DNA from: Histomonas meleagridis 2922-C6/04-290x
Lineage: Eukaryota > Protista > Parabasalia
Direction: 5' to 3'
DNA length: 64,000 bases
Assembly: GCA_020184695.1 (NCBI GenBank)
Contig: JAANOX010000268.1
Coordinates: 186,001 to 250,000 of the forward strand
Part shown: piece by piece, positions 44,097 to 56,099 of the stretch
How the letters are laid out: every line of letters begins with the position of its first letter
Position numbering within the stretch: position 1 is the first letter of the stretch
Notes under the pieces: generated by a model
The model's database searches: none
What the model saw: the letters and a program-made list of their open reading frames with translations, nothing else
What the model was told of the DNA's origin: nothing
Made by a program: the position numbers and the translations under genes

Positions 44097-46784
44097 TTAT
44101 CTCCACCGCGCTCTTGTTGGAGTTGGCAATAAAACCATTCCTTCATCTTCGGATGAAACCTCATCTTCCGATAGTTCCTCCACATCATTCACGTCACATA
44201 TTCCCTCAGTGCCTTCTTCAGGCCTCAATGACACAACAATGACACTAATATTATCCTTACTTCCAAGTGCATATGCGTAATTTCGAAGTGAGATAGCTGC
44301 ATCAGACGCGGATTTTGATGCTCTCACAACACGGGCGGCATACTCTTCATCAATGACATCCCATACGCCATCACATGCCATGATGATCGCAACATCATCT
44401 TTGCAGATATCATAAACTTCAACATCTGGCTTGACAAAAAGGCCTTCTCCACACCAGAAGTCACCAAGAGAACGGGCAACAGCGAGCTTGCGATTGATAC
44501 GACCTTCTGGCGTGACCGTTAGACCATTTGATCGAAGTCGTTTATACTCTGGACGGTCGAGTGGCTTGAAGTCAGTGGTTATTCGCTCTGCTGAATGACG
44601 TTTTACACGGACAACGCGTGAATCGCCGACTCCGATTGAATATACACGCTTTTCAGAAATGACAGCAACGGCAGCAGTACAGCCATCCTTAACATTTAGC
44701 TGCTTGAGGACTTGGTTAATACGAACAAATGCTTGGGAATAATTTTCGGCAAAATTATCATTTGATATAATTTTTTGGAAATCATGAAAAAGTAAATCAG
44801 CTGCGGAAAGTGCGGAAGCGTTTCCAGTATGTCCATCGAAAACGCCGAAAAGAGAATGATTTTCATCATATTGACGTATTAGAATCGCATCTTCCATCGT
44901 CAAACGGTCGCCCATCGTTGATGCGTAGCCGATACCGAATTTCATAGGAAATGTGAAGTGGTTATTATCCATAACGTGCAACCTTACTGGCGGCAGCGGT
45001 TTTGCCTTATCGTACTTATTTCCAACGTATTCTAAACAAGAAATACTTTTTGCTCTGATAGCTTCTGAAGTCATATCAACCAGACCGTTTGTAAAGTTGT
45101 TCATGGAAAGTGACAAATATTTTGTCAATGGTATTAATCTGAAATCGAATTGAGACAACTGATTGAATTCCAAATTCAAAGATTGAAGTTTTGGAAGTAA
45201 AACACTGAATTTATTCAATTTGTTGAACGATAAGTCCAAGAAAATTAATTCATCCGGAAGAGGAGGAATGTCTTCGATTAAGTTATGGGAAGCAGAGAAT
45301 GATGTTAATTGTCTTAAACTAATGATTTCAGGGGGAATAGTTTTGATGTGATTATTCGATACATTTAAATTTTTAAGGAATCGTAATGAACTTATTGATT
45401 TAGGTAAAACAGAAAGTAAATTTCCTGAAATGGAAAGAGATTTTAATTGTGGAAATGATAAAAGGACACTTGGGAATCGTCTAAATTGATTAACAGATCC
45501 ATTAAATACCATCATTTTCCGACATAAACTTAATGATGAAGGTAATTCATCAATTAAGTTAAACGAAACATTAATTTCAGTTAAGAAAATCGATGATGAA
45601 AATGAATCGGAAAGATATTGTATCCGATTAAAAGAAAGATTTAATATCTTCAACTTTGGTAAATCAAATTTCCCAAGTTTAATTAATTTGTTATTCGAGC
45701 ATGATAAAGTTTCAATTGCTTTCGATTGAAGTAAATTCTTTGGAAGTTTCTCGAGTTTGTTATCGTCTAAAATTAAATGAACAAGCCGATTTTGAATAGG
45801 AAACTCTTCCGGAAGTTCACCAATATTATTATGAGCTAAATCTAAAATCCCTAAATTTGAAGTGGACGATGCGAAAAGTGATGTGACTCCAGTGATGCGA
45901 TTATTCGAAAGCTCAAACGCAACGAGAGTTGGAGGGCATTTGAAGTCAAGGACGCCCTCGATTTGGCATTTGGTAAGGTTTATAAGCTTAATCCCAACGA
46001 TTTCAAGAGTTTTAAGTGGAAATCGAGTGATTAAATTATTTTTGATATATAACGATTGAAGTGAAAATGGTTCATCATATGAAAATTCGGATATGTCATT
46101 AAGTGAAAGATCTAATGTTTTGATGTTATTACCAACGGCTTTTTGATCAAATGAAATGATTTGATTACCAAATATATTGACATACTCAAGAACAGGAAAT
46201 TGGGAGAGAATAGATGGAATCTCACGCAGATTGTTGCCATTAAGATATAGACTGATTAAAGAGTCTTTCCATTTCGGAAGAGTATTTGGAATGGATTCAA
46301 TTTCACAGGATGATAATTTAAGTACTTGAAGATTGGGAAGATCTTTGTCCCATATGGATGTGACGTCAAATGGGTTGAAAGAAAGATCAAGTGATTGTAG
46401 ACTTTGAGGTAATTCAACATCAAGTTTTTGGATAAGATTTGAACTTAAATCAAGTGTGGTCAAACACGTAAAAACCGCAAGTTCATCATGTGGGAACCCG
46501 GTAAATTTATTATCTGTTAAAATTAAAGTTTGAATATTTGTATATGCCGTAAGACCTGGTGGTAGTTTGCTAAGTTGACATGCGCTAAACCTTACTTTTG
46601 TTACGTTCAGCATAAGTTCCCCTTTAATAGGTATTTCATTGATTCTTTTGGAAAATGCTTCGAAACAAGTTGTATTTAGATCGGCAAAAAAGTATTCAGG
46701 AAGAGGGTCTAAAAATATTGCCTCGTCTATTTTGTCTTGGGAATTATCATTCTTTGATTTTTTCTTTCCCTTTCCTTTCTTCAT
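44097..46784 (-). CDS. Leucine-rich repeat + PP2C phosphatase
   Basis: About 20 LxxLxLxxN repeats followed by PP2C motifs MEDA, FDGH, DGCTA, VGDSR, VARSLGD, ACDGVWD and DNISV. Confidence 0.9.
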   Translation of the reverse strand: MKKGKGKKKSKNDNSQDKIDEAIFLDPLPEYFFADLNTTCFEAFSKRINEIPIKGELMLNVTKVRFSACQLSKLPPGLTAYTNIQTLILTDNKFTGFPHDELAVFTCLTTLDLSSNLIQKLDVELPQSLQSLDLSFNPFDVTSIWDKDLPNLQVLKLSSCEIESIPNTLPKWKDSLISLYLNGNNLREIPSILSQFPVLEYVNIFGNQIISFDQKAVGNNIKTLDLSLNDISEFSYDEPFSLQSLYIKNNLITRFPLKTLEIVGIKLINLTKCQIEGVLDFKCPPTLVAFELSNNRITGVTSLFASSTSNLGILDLAHNNIGELPEEFPIQNRLVHLILDDNKLEKLPKNLLQSKAIETLSCSNNKLIKLGKFDLPKLKILNLSFNRIQYLSDSFSSSIFLTEINVSFNLIDELPSSLSLCRKMMVFNGSVNQFRRFPSVLLSFPQLKSLSISGNLLSVLPKSISSLRFLKNLNVSNNHIKTIPPEIISLRQLTSFSASHNLIEDIPPLPDELIFLDLSFNKLNKFSVLLPKLQSLNLEFNQLSQFDFRLIPLTKYLSLSMNNFTNGLVDMTSEAIRAKSISCLEYVGNKYDKAKPLPPVRLHVMDNNHFTFPMKFGIGYASTMGDRLTMEDAILIRQYDENHSLFGVFDGHTGNASALSAADLLFHDFQKIISNDNFAENYSQAFVRINQVLKQLNVKDGCTAAVAVISEKRVYSIGVGDSRVVRVKRHSAERITTDFKPLDRPEYKRLRSNGLTVTPEGRINRKLAVARSLGDFWCGEGLFVKPDVEVYDICKDDVAIIMACDGVWDVIDEEYAARVVRASKSASDAAISLRNYAYALGSKDNISVIVVSLRPEEGTEGICDVNDVEELSEDEVSSEDEGMVLLPTPTRARWR

Positions 46785-47822
46785 TAAATATGCAACAGAT
46801 TTTTTACCTAAAAACTTTTTCGTAAAGTTGACAATACACTTGTTTCTGAAGTTTACAAATCTTTTTGTTATGATTCCATTTTGGAAAACTTGATCGAATT
46901 ACTTAAATCATCTTTTTTTCTGACAGCCATATTGAAGCTTATTGATGAACATCATATGGTATGCAAATTTTTATACTTTAAATATCATTTTAAACTTTCA
47001 TTATCATTAAATCTGCCATTTTTAATGGCTTAATAAAGGTGCTCAAATAAGCTTGCTTTCATAATTATGTAAGATTACCAAATACTTAAGACAATATTAC
47101 AGTTTTAAAACTTTTCCTGCAGTAAATCCTCCAAAAAACGATACACTTTTTTTATAAAGATTTCAAAATATCATATTATCTTTTTCTAATCTTGTAGCTT
47201 AGAGATAGAAAAATGATTAATGGTTTTATTTTCGGAGGATTAACAGTATATGTATTGAAAGATTATTTAAATGATAAATATAATGAAAACTAATTTCATT
47301 TTGATTTCGTACAATCCATTGATAAAATAAAAACCTTATTATTAATATTATTATTATTGAAATTAGCTTTTCTAAGTAAACAAATACCATTCATTGGACA
47401 TTGTTATTAAATTACTTCACATACTATAAAAGGGAATGCTTCATAAATCATAAATTTTAATATTTTGGATTCGAAAAATATACTAGTATATTTTCGCTTT
47501 ACATCATCATAGCCAAAAATTATATTTCAATGCATTTATTTCGATTTTCCTTGATAAAATTTTTACATAGAAACACTAACTGAATCATTATGGTATTTCA
47601 TGGAAATTTCACTTTGGAGAATATTGCAAAAATAGAACCATTTTCAAGTTTGGAAATGTAAACATAAAAATGCCAAAAAACAAATTCAGAGTGAAATCAA
47701 TGATAACGATAGATTAATTCTCAAATTTGTTTTCAAAGAAAATTGTGTAAAAGTGCCTTTGAATGCTTTACGTTTTGGAAGACTTAATCAAAACAAAAAA
47801 AAATATAATAAATGAATGGCGT

Positions 47823-48401
47823 TTATGCCAAAGCAGAGGCTTCTCCACTGGCTTGTTGTGCAATATTTGGTGGACATGGAATACCAATTTCACCAAAGAT
47901 TTGTGCATATTGGGCAGCTGTTTCTTCTTCAAGATCAGTTCCGTCATCTTCCCAAAGGTCATCCATGGCTTCATCAACCATTTCTCCCTTCATGTCCATC
48001 ATTTCGTTTTCCATCATGAACTTCTGCATTATCATTTGCATTTGTGGAACATTAACCATTCTGTTAAGTTGATGCATTGCTTGAGCTGCACCTTTGAGTG
48101 CTTTATTAACACCTGCTTGAGCTTTGATTGTTTCAATTCTAAGACCGAGACTTTCCATTTGTGAGCCAAGCTTTAAGAATTTCTTCATAGCCTGACGATT
48201 GCGAACTAAGTCCTTTGCAATAATCATGACTGACTCTGTTTCTCCCTTTGCAGCTAATTTCTTCATTTCGGATTTCATTTTAGTTTCTTGATTCTGTAAG
48301 CGTGTTCTTTCGCGTTCAATTTCGCGGCAAGATCTACGAAGTGATTGCTTAAATTGTTTAAGCTTTTCTTCTGGTGTGACTCTCTTTCCAAATAATCCCA
48401 T
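47823..48401 (-). CDS. VPS2: ESCRT-III subunit Vps2/CHMP2
   Basis: IERERTRLQNQETK, IAKDLVRNR, MxKFxxEN.MMDMKGEMVDEAMDD. ATG at 48401. Confidence 0.88.
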   Translation of the reverse strand: MGLFGKRVTPEEKLKQFKQSLRRSCREIERERTRLQNQETKMKSEMKKLAAKGETESVMIIAKDLVRNRQAMKKFLKLGSQMESLGLRIETIKAQAGVNKALKGAAQAMHQLNRMVNVPQMQMIMQKFMMENEMMDMKGEMVDEAMDDLWEDDGTDLEEETAAQYAQIFGEIGIPCPPNIAQQASGEASALA

Positions 48402-48681
48402 CCAAAAAATGACGGGGAAAACCGTACAAAACCGTCTGCTTTTTTGGTTCTGAAAAAGTTGATTGAGCATTCAAAAGTCTCAACGATGAGGAAATTCAAT
48501 CGTTTATCTCACCGAACATTTTTTATTCCTTGTTAAATCATGTAGATAAGTAATACATCTAAAAATTATTGTAGAAAACTTCTCATCTATTTGAAGTTAT
48601 TATTTGGTCAAACTTAGGTTTTTAGTTAATTAAAATGATAAAAACAAAAAAATGAGTATTTGAAAAAAGGAAACAAAAAAT

Positions 48682-48752
48682 TGCATCGCCCGGGAATCGG
48701 ACCCGGACCCCCAGCTTGGCAAGCTGAAATTCTACCATTAGACCAGCGATGC
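48682..48752 (-). tRNA. tRNA-Gly(GCC), 71 nt
   Basis: GCATCGC acceptor stem, D-arm TGGTCTAATGGTAGA, anticodon loop TTGCCAA and T-arm CCGGG-TCCGATT-CCCGG. Followed by T-run terminators. Confidence 0.92.
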
Positions 48753-48860
48753 TTCTGAAATATATTTTGATATCTTATTAATCAATATAAATATCTTGTC
48801 TCAAAGTTCTTTAATTGGTCAGCAAAAATGAATTTAAAATTTTAAAAATTTAAAAAATTC

Positions 48861-49781
48861 ATGGAAGAACTTAGAGATACATTTAAAATTTTTCTCACAT
48901 GTGACTCTGTAAGGAAAGATGATTTTTTACAAGAACTTATTAAAGCTGATAGAAAAACTCTTCTTTCGATAATCTATCTTCCTGAAGATTCTGAAGAACG
49001 TCTTCGTGTATATGATTTATTGGTTAAAATCAAACCAGATGGAGCAGATTTACTAAGCCATGTTTTTGAAGAATGTCAAAATGACTCTGATCCTTTATTA
49101 CAACTTGCAGCAATTCAATTTGTCGAAGACAATAATCTTGATAAAGTCGAAACCTTTATTGATCTCTTTAACAAGAGTGCTGACAATCCATTAACGCTTC
49201 CATCAATTGCACAGACAGTATCGTCAATGATACTTCGTTCAGAAGATCCGCTCAAATACTCAGAAACAATCGAAACCATAATAGAAAAAGCCTCCACCAC
49301 TATCCCTGATTTACTTGGTTCTCTTCCCAAACTTACTTCGTATGATCCATTTGCACAAATGATGCTTAATTCCGATACATTTAAGCTTTGGATCATTGAC
49401 TTTCCATACAACGTTGAGCTCAGAACCTTTAATTTGCACATGCGAAATCTTCTTACACCTCATTGCAAGGATCCATCGTCATTATTTCTTTCTGAAACTA
49501 ACATCCTGAATTCGATGATACACCCAAGCCCTGCGCTCAGGTGTGCTGTCTTCGAGCACATCTCTGTGATGGCTCCTTTTTTCAAGCAGCAGATGCTATC
49601 GTTTAACCGTTTTCAAGAGCGGTTATTTGATCCATCAATGGATTCCACAAAAGAAGAAATGTTTTCTCGGAGAAAAGCTATTCATTCGTTAGGCTTGGAC
49701 CAGAAAACAGATGGGTCAGATGCTGGACCAATACAAAGGCAACAAGTGGAAGATCTTGGACCTGATTTGATGATTATTTAA
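48861..49781 (+). CDS. Hypothetical helical-repeat protein
   Basis: 306-aa intact ORF with amphipathic helices. No family recognised with confidence. Confidence 0.7.
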   Translation: MEELRDTFKIFLTCDSVRKDDFLQELIKADRKTLLSIIYLPEDSEERLRVYDLLVKIKPDGADLLSHVFEECQNDSDPLLQLAAIQFVEDNNLDKVETFIDLFNKSADNPLTLPSIAQTVSSMILRSEDPLKYSETIETIIEKASTTIPDLLGSLPKLTSYDPFAQMMLNSDTFKLWIIDFPYNVELRTFNLHMRNLLTPHCKDPSSLFLSETNILNSMIHPSPALRCAVFEHISVMAPFFKQQMLSFNRFQERLFDPSMDSTKEEMFSRRKAIHSLGLDQKTDGSDAGPIQRQQVEDLGPDLMII

Positions 49782-49795
49782 CAATAAACATTTTA

Positions 49796-50251
49796 CTAAA
49801 ATGAAAAATTGATGTCGTCGAACTGTGGGCCAATGTACCTCTCATAAAGTGTATCTAACAATTCAACAAATTTCGGATATGATTTTGTTCCATTCGAATT
49901 TCCAGACGGATAATTTAAGCAACGCGTCCTGAACTTAGGTGGCACTGGAAGAGATGAAATATCTGGATAATGCATACCAAATATGTTATCTATTTGTTTA
50001 TTATGAAATGTAGAGTTATGCTGTGATTTGTTTGTAAGCTTTTTAAAAATTATTTCTGGATTTTTATTTGTTTTAGATATAGGAGAGGAAATGTTTTGAG
50101 GTATTTTTTGTTCTGGTGTTGAGCATTCATTTGGTGCTTTAATGTTTACATTAGGAAGAATTGGTCTATTTGGAAGTTGCTCTTTTGTTGTGAATTTTTT
50201 GGAATAATTGGAATCTTCTTCACTTCCGAATATTTTAGAAGATCGAATCAT
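49796..50251 (-). CDS. Hypothetical protein
   Basis: 151-aa ORF convergent on its neighbour, with protein-like composition. Confidence 0.55.
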   Translation of the reverse strand: MIRSSKIFGSEEDSNYSKKFTTKEQLPNRPILPNVNIKAPNECSTPEQKIPQNISSPISKTNKNPEIIFKKLTNKSQHNSTFHNKQIDNIFGMHYPDISSLPVPPKFRTRCLNYPSGNSNGTKSYPKFVELLDTLYERYIGPQFDDINFSF

Positions 50252-51232
50252 TCTCCTAGCTTTGATTTTGTCATTGAAGGAAATAAATATAGGCTTTTAC
50301 TTGTAAAAAAGCTTATTTTTATATAGTTTATTCAAACAAACACGAAAAATAAACAATCGAGAACAAACAAAGAAAAGAACATGTTGTTAATGTTTAAACT
50401 GGTTTCAAAATAATTTTTTGTTTTGTTGAAGATTAACCAATTGGTAATGAATTCTTGAAATGCTTTAATGAAGAGAATACATCATTAGTTAAAACCATTA
50501 ATGTAACAAAAATATGTTTTACATTGGTATATAAGGGTTTAATTTCTTTGATGATTTTTTTCATAGAAAAATATATTGTATGTTTTTGTGAAATAATGAA
50601 TTTTAATTTTTCGTATTCATTTCTCGAAATGATTTCAAAAAATGCTCAAAATTTTAATATTTTTCTATTAGTTAGTTAATAATATTTTAAAATATCAAAG
50701 TTGGAATTTGAAGAGGAAATTAAGAAACATAGTTTTTGATTTTTTTCAAATTTTCAATATTTTTAATGGTGTTTAAAAGTTTAATGACTCAATCAGTATT
50801 TTATTATTTTTATTATATTTAATAATATGATATTTGAGTCAAGGGTGCATATTAATGTTTCGTTATTTAATAATATCACACGTTTGGTGGAAAATTTCAA
50901 ACATTGGCACATTCAAAAAATTAAAACATCTCATTCTCTAATACATATTAATAATAATTAGAATCATCACTTTATTTTCTATGCTATGTTATGCTATAAT
51001 ATAGAAAAAAATAATTTTTAGATTTTTAATCCAGCAAAGTATCATTCATATAAAATTCAAAAAATACACGTAGAAATATTATGGAAAAAATTCTTTGATC
51101 TCATTAATATATATGTTTTAACTCTTAGTTCATAAAAATGTAATTTTTTCCAGAAGAAACTCACTTTTAAAGCTCATCTTCAAATTGTTAGTGAAAATTT
51201 TCACTACATTGTGAATTTGTTTCCCTATCTCA

Positions 51233-51811
51233 ATGAGAGTTATACCTCAACTACAAAATAACCTCATCAAGATTGTTCGATGCCAATGCGGTCTAAGAGT
51301 CCCTTCTCATAACATGATTCAATGTTCCAGATGCGGATGTTATTCTCATGAAGAATGTGTTGGAAATCCGTCTCCCTACATTTGTAATTTTTGTCATTTA
51401 GCAAGCGAAAGAATAATTGTTGATAAGGCAGATAAATCCATAAGTCCTTCCAGTATAGTTATTGATCGAAAGGCCCTTTTTTCCAATCTAACAAGTTCAA
51501 AATCGATCATCCAACTTTGTGAAATTAGAGAACATTGCTTAGCTGCAGGTCATGTTACAGAACTTATTCAACACTTAATCACAAGGCTTGCAGCAATAGA
51601 TCTTGAGCTTAAAACAGCTGAAGTTCAAGCAAATCGCGAAGTATATGCCCCAATAAAAGAAGAATTAATTAAAGAAATTCAACAAAGACGGAAAGAATAT
51701 GTTAAATGTACTTCAGTGCTGATGGAAGTACTTGATCGAATTGAAAATTTCAAGAAAAAACAAAAAATACTTCCATATTTTCGCGATGCTGTTGTTGAAA
51801 AATTAATATAA
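51233..51811 (+). CDS. PHD-finger protein with C-terminal coiled coil
   Basis: VRCQCG...MIQCSRCGCYSHEECV...YICNFC (C4HC3). Confidence 0.8.
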   Translation: MRVIPQLQNNLIKIVRCQCGLRVPSHNMIQCSRCGCYSHEECVGNPSPYICNFCHLASERIIVDKADKSISPSSIVIDRKALFSNLTSSKSIIQLCEIREHCLAAGHVTELIQHLITRLAAIDLELKTAEVQANREVYAPIKEELIKEIQQRRKEYVKCTSVLMEVLDRIENFKKKQKILPYFRDAVVEKLI

Positions 51812-52100
51812 ATAAAATATTTGCAAATTGTTAATGTTTATTAAAAACACCTTCATTTTTACATATGATATGATAAATAAAATATTGTACACTTCTAAAA
51901 ATATTTTATAGGGAAAAAATTTTTTGAAAATTCAAAAAAGCTTCATGAAAGCATATTTTTTATGTTTTCAATTTTGCACTATAATACTTCAGATACATCT
52001 TGTAACCCTCATTAAGTTAATCTAATATTGATAAAGAATAAAAAAATCTATTGTAAGAGGAAAAATTAATTTATGAATAACGAATTATTGTGTAATATGT

Positions 52101-52958
52101 TTATAACTTTTTTGGAATCCACTCGGGTTTATATTCTTTTGCTATTACCATATTCCAATCAATCCCTTCAAAGAACGAATGTTTCATAATGTCTTCGACA
52201 TCATTTTCGCTTCCCATTCTATTTTTTGGATTTTTATTCAATAGTTTTATTAATAAATCATTAGCTTTATGCGACAGATTAGGTGTAGAATGAAAATTAT
52301 CATAAAGAATAGATTTCATTATAGCAAAAGTACCTCTATCATCAAAAAAAGGTGGTAACCCGATAAGCATTTCATAGATTAAGCACCCATAACTCCACCA
52401 ATCAGTAGCACATGTAATTGGTTGTTTTTGAAGAATTTCAGGTGACGTATAATGTACAGTTTCATAAAGGCGTTGGAATATGCTGTTTTTGTTTCCAAAA
52501 TCAGTAAGACGAATATGCCCCTGTTCGTCAAAAAGAATATTTTCGGGTTTAAGATCATGATAAATTATTCCATTGGAATGGAGATATCCAAGAGCAAGTG
52601 CAATTTCAGCTGCATAGAGACGTACACGAGATTCTGAAAATTTTGTTTCTCTTTGAAGTACTTTTAATAAATTACCACACGGAACATAATCAAGAATCAT
52701 ATGAAACTTTGTGTTTATTTGAAATGTGAAATATGCACTTACTAAAAATGGATGACGTATTTGTAACATGATATTTTTTTCAGTGATAGTTTGATTAACT
52801 TCATCAATATCACGATTTTGAAAATCTATTGATTTCAGAGTAAAAATTTCATCTGTGCCTTTTAATTTTACGAGCTTAACATTTGGAACATGTCCTGGTA
52901 TAAAAAAAGATATAATTTCAAAATTATCTAAGGTTGGCTTGAGTTTGGATAAATCCAT
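52101..52958 (-). CDS. AGC-family protein kinase (degenerate Gly-loop)
   Basis: HPFLV, LGYLHS..IIYHDLKPENIL, LTDFG, YTSPE, DWWSYG, PPFF and IMKHSFF..IDW. Confidence 0.85.
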   Translation of the reverse strand: MDLSKLKPTLDNFEIISFFIPGHVPNVKLVKLKGTDEIFTLKSIDFQNRDIDEVNQTITEKNIMLQIRHPFLVSAYFTFQINTKFHMILDYVPCGNLLKVLQRETKFSESRVRLYAAEIALALGYLHSNGIIYHDLKPENILFDEQGHIRLTDFGNKNSIFQRLYETVHYTSPEILQKQPITCATDWWSYGCLIYEMLIGLPPFFDDRGTFAIMKSILYDNFHSTPNLSHKANDLLIKLLNKNPKNRMGSENDVEDIMKHSFFEGIDWNMVIAKEYKPEWIPKKL

Positions 52959-53138
52959 TGCTTAAACTAAGAATGCTATTGATTTTGAACAAGAAAAATT
53001 TTGAATTGATATCCGGTCAAATCACAAAGTTTTGAGCAAAAGACTTTCATTGAAAAGATAGAAATGCCAATTAAATTTTAATTAAATTAGAAATTGCCAT
53101 GTCTGGAACTTGACCACAAATCAACAAAAATATTTTAT

Positions 53139-54407
53139 ATGATTCAGGAAAAGAATCCAAATGGAAACAAGATGTTTGGCCAAATGGGAGGTACTTTTTC
53201 TGGGGGAGATGAAATAGAAGAATTTCAAATCCAAATTAACAAATTATCAATTCCAGAAGAAAGTATTAATGCTCTTTCCTTTTTCCGAGATTATTTGGAG
53301 GGAGATCTTCTACCACCAGAAATTTTTGTACAGCTCCACAATTTTATCTTAAGAATCATTCAAGCACCAGGTATCCCTCAACCTAACCTTGATTTAGTTT
53401 TAAATATTTTAACTGAAATAGCTGAGTTTCTGAATGAAGATATAGATTTTGCCGGACTTACCAATCATTTATTGCAATATTTGCCTATAGAATCAGCATT
53501 TGAAGCAATATCCACAATTGCATCATGCTACATAACATCAGCCAGATTTCTTATTAGTGCTCTTCCTAACATCCTCCAATTTTTATCAGCTGATTCCAAT
53601 CAACAACACGGATATTTATTAATAATATTATCAATTCTTAATCACAAAGTTCTTGTACCAGATATGGTTGGCTATATTAATGCTATATTTGGTGTTATTC
53701 TCTCTGGTAATGCTGAACATCTCTCGATCTGTTTTAGTATTCTTGCAAAATTTGCTAATTCCGAAATAGGTTTTTCACAGATCGAAGAATTTTCACATAT
53801 TTCTCAAATCTTTGATCATTATAGAGATAATCCTGAATGCATAATTCCAATTATTCAGTTCCTTGATAGTATTTGTTCTTCCAAAACACAAAATCCAATG
53901 AAGTTCATTGAGCTTACAAATTCCGCTTCCATAATCATCAACGCAATGACTACAAACGATCAAAAAGTGCTAAAAGTTCTTTGCCAACTTTTGTATACTT
54001 TATCTCGATCGGAGCAAGGAATGGACTTTTTGTTCAAGAACGAAATTGTTGACAATTTATTTTATTTGTTTGAAAATTCATCATTTTCCATTTCTTCAAA
54101 AGCGTTAAAGATTTTGTGCTCTGTTTGTTCTAATTGTCCACATGAAGTTGTTATGAACTTTATAGCGAAAGGATTTCTTGAGTTGATAATTAATTATATT
54201 GCTGATGCACCCGTTGACTTGCTAAAGGAAATATTGACAGCAGTGCAAACTATTGTGCTGGCGATAAAGAGTTCAGGCGATCAGTCACTACTTGAGAAAA
54301 TTGAGGATTCGGAACTAATGGACGAGATATATAACGTGAGCCAAAATAATCATGACAACACGATTGGAGTTATCGCATCTTTTATATGTGATAACTTGTC
54401 ATCTTAA
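53139..54407 (+). CDS. ARM-repeat protein
   Basis: Helical repeats with importin/ARM-like C-terminus (ALKILCSV, GFLELIINYI). Start is ATG 53139 or 53172. Confidence 0.65.
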   Translation: MIQEKNPNGNKMFGQMGGTFSGGDEIEEFQIQINKLSIPEESINALSFFRDYLEGDLLPPEIFVQLHNFILRIIQAPGIPQPNLDLVLNILTEIAEFLNEDIDFAGLTNHLLQYLPIESAFEAISTIASCYITSARFLISALPNILQFLSADSNQQHGYLLIILSILNHKVLVPDMVGYINAIFGVILSGNAEHLSICFSILAKFANSEIGFSQIEEFSHISQIFDHYRDNPECIIPIIQFLDSICSSKTQNPMKFIELTNSASIIINAMTTNDQKVLKVLCQLLYTLSRSEQGMDFLFKNEIVDNLFYLFENSSFSISSKALKILCSVCSNCPHEVVMNFIAKGFLELIINYIADAPVDLLKEILTAVQTIVLAIKSSGDQSLLEKIEDSELMDEIYNVSQNNHDNTIGVIASFICDNLSS

Positions 54408-54716
54408 ATAAAAATGTCTTTATCTAGAAATATAATAAACATAATCGTAACTATACTAAAACACTTTTTTTTTTGGTTTGTGATAATCATTAACTCTATA
54501 ACAGATTGATTTAATCAATTAATTCAGGTTTTCTAAATACGAAAAAACTATTAAAATGTTCACAAAGAAAACGTCTTATTTAGTATTACGACCACTCAAA
54601 ATAATTTAAACTTAAGTTTAGAGAAGTTTCATAGTTATCTTCACATTTGATTTGTGGACGTTTATTCATTCAAACAAACTTTGTCAATTAACATCAACTC
54701 ACTTGTTAAGCTGCAG

Positions 54717-55682
54717 ATGGCGCAAATACCTTGGGTTGAGAAATTTAGGCCAAAAGTCCTAAATGATGTTGTCGGGAATCGTGCTGCTGTTGAAAGGCTT
54801 CGAATCATTGCATCACAAGGAAACATTCCAAATCTTATTTTAACTGGTCCACCTGGTATTGGTAAAACCACATCACTTCTCTGTCTTTGCAATGAGCTTC
54901 TTGGTAATCTTGTTAAAGAAGCTGTTATTGAATTAAACGCATCAGATGAAAGAGGCATTGAAGTTGTTCGTCAATCAATCAAATCCTTCGCCAAGAAACA
55001 TGTCAACCTACCACCAGGGCGTCATAAGATCATACTTTTAGATGAAGCAGATTCAATGACACCTGCTGCACAACAAGCGATGCGTCGAATTATGGAAAAA
55101 TATTCCAACACAACACGTTTTGTTTTCGCTTGTAACATGAGTGACAAAGTTATTGAGCCTATTCAAAGCCGATGTGCAATAGTTCGATTTACCAAAGTCG
55201 AAGAAGGTGAAATTGCCACAAGATTAGCCCAAATCTGCGAACAACAAAACGTTGGCTTCACCAAAGAAGGCATTGATGCACTTGCTGTATTATCTGATGG
55301 AGATATGCGTACTGCCGTTAATGGTTTACAAGCTACAGCCATACGCTATGGGTTCATAAATCCAGAAAATGTCCAAAACACAGTCGATGCACCCAATCCT
55401 ACGGCGATGACCGAAATTTATGATTCGATGAGAAAGGAGGACTTAAGGTCAGCGTTGACTGTGCTATCTGGATTAGAAATGAGAGGCCACAGCGCATCAG
55501 ATATAGTGCAATCGTTGTTTAAGGCCGCGAGAAGAGATTTGATATTTGGTGAGAAATTGAAGTTGCTAATTCTTAAGGAAATTGGATTGACACAGATGGC
55601 AATGGCACAGGGAGTGTCGAGCCCATTGCAATTAGATGGGTTACTCGCACGCATATATAAAATTATTCAAGCAAATAAGTAA
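54717..55682 (+). CDS. RFC2: Replication factor C small subunit (human RFC2 / yeast Rfc4 type)
   Basis: PWVEKFRP, GPPGIGKTT, ELNASDERGI, LPPGRHKIILLDEADSMT and SRC motif. ATG at 54717. Confidence 0.93.
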   Translation: MAQIPWVEKFRPKVLNDVVGNRAAVERLRIIASQGNIPNLILTGPPGIGKTTSLLCLCNELLGNLVKEAVIELNASDERGIEVVRQSIKSFAKKHVNLPPGRHKIILLDEADSMTPAAQQAMRRIMEKYSNTTRFVFACNMSDKVIEPIQSRCAIVRFTKVEEGEIATRLAQICEQQNVGFTKEGIDALAVLSDGDMRTAVNGLQATAIRYGFINPENVQNTVDAPNPTAMTEIYDSMRKEDLRSALTVLSGLEMRGHSASDIVQSLFKAARRDLIFGEKLKLLILKEIGLTQMAMAQGVSSPLQLDGLLARIYKIIQANK

Positions 55683-56099
55683 AAAGTGAATTTTTGGTTA
55701 TAGTTTTTTATATGGATCTGCGCACGTGCGAAAGCTATTTGTAGTTACGTAATTGTACGAAATGATTAACTAAAAAAAATTTGTAATCAGCGTCATAAGA
55801 TAAAATATGAAGCCAAGACAAAATACTGGTTGCTAAGGAAAGCAATCAATGACGGGCAAATGGTAAAAAATCGGAAAAACCAAATAAATGCTCTTTGCAC
55901 ATAGAAAATGATTCTTTTAATTAAAAAAATTTGGAAGTGGGTAATTTGCATGTTGTGTGCATTGCTTAAGTGACTATAAAGCAACAAAAAAAACTGTTTT
56001 TAAATTATTAAAAATAAAAGGCAATTTACTTTAGCCAAAATGATATTTGTTTGACTGATTTTTTAACTTAAAAAACTTAAAAAAACATATGTTTAATAA

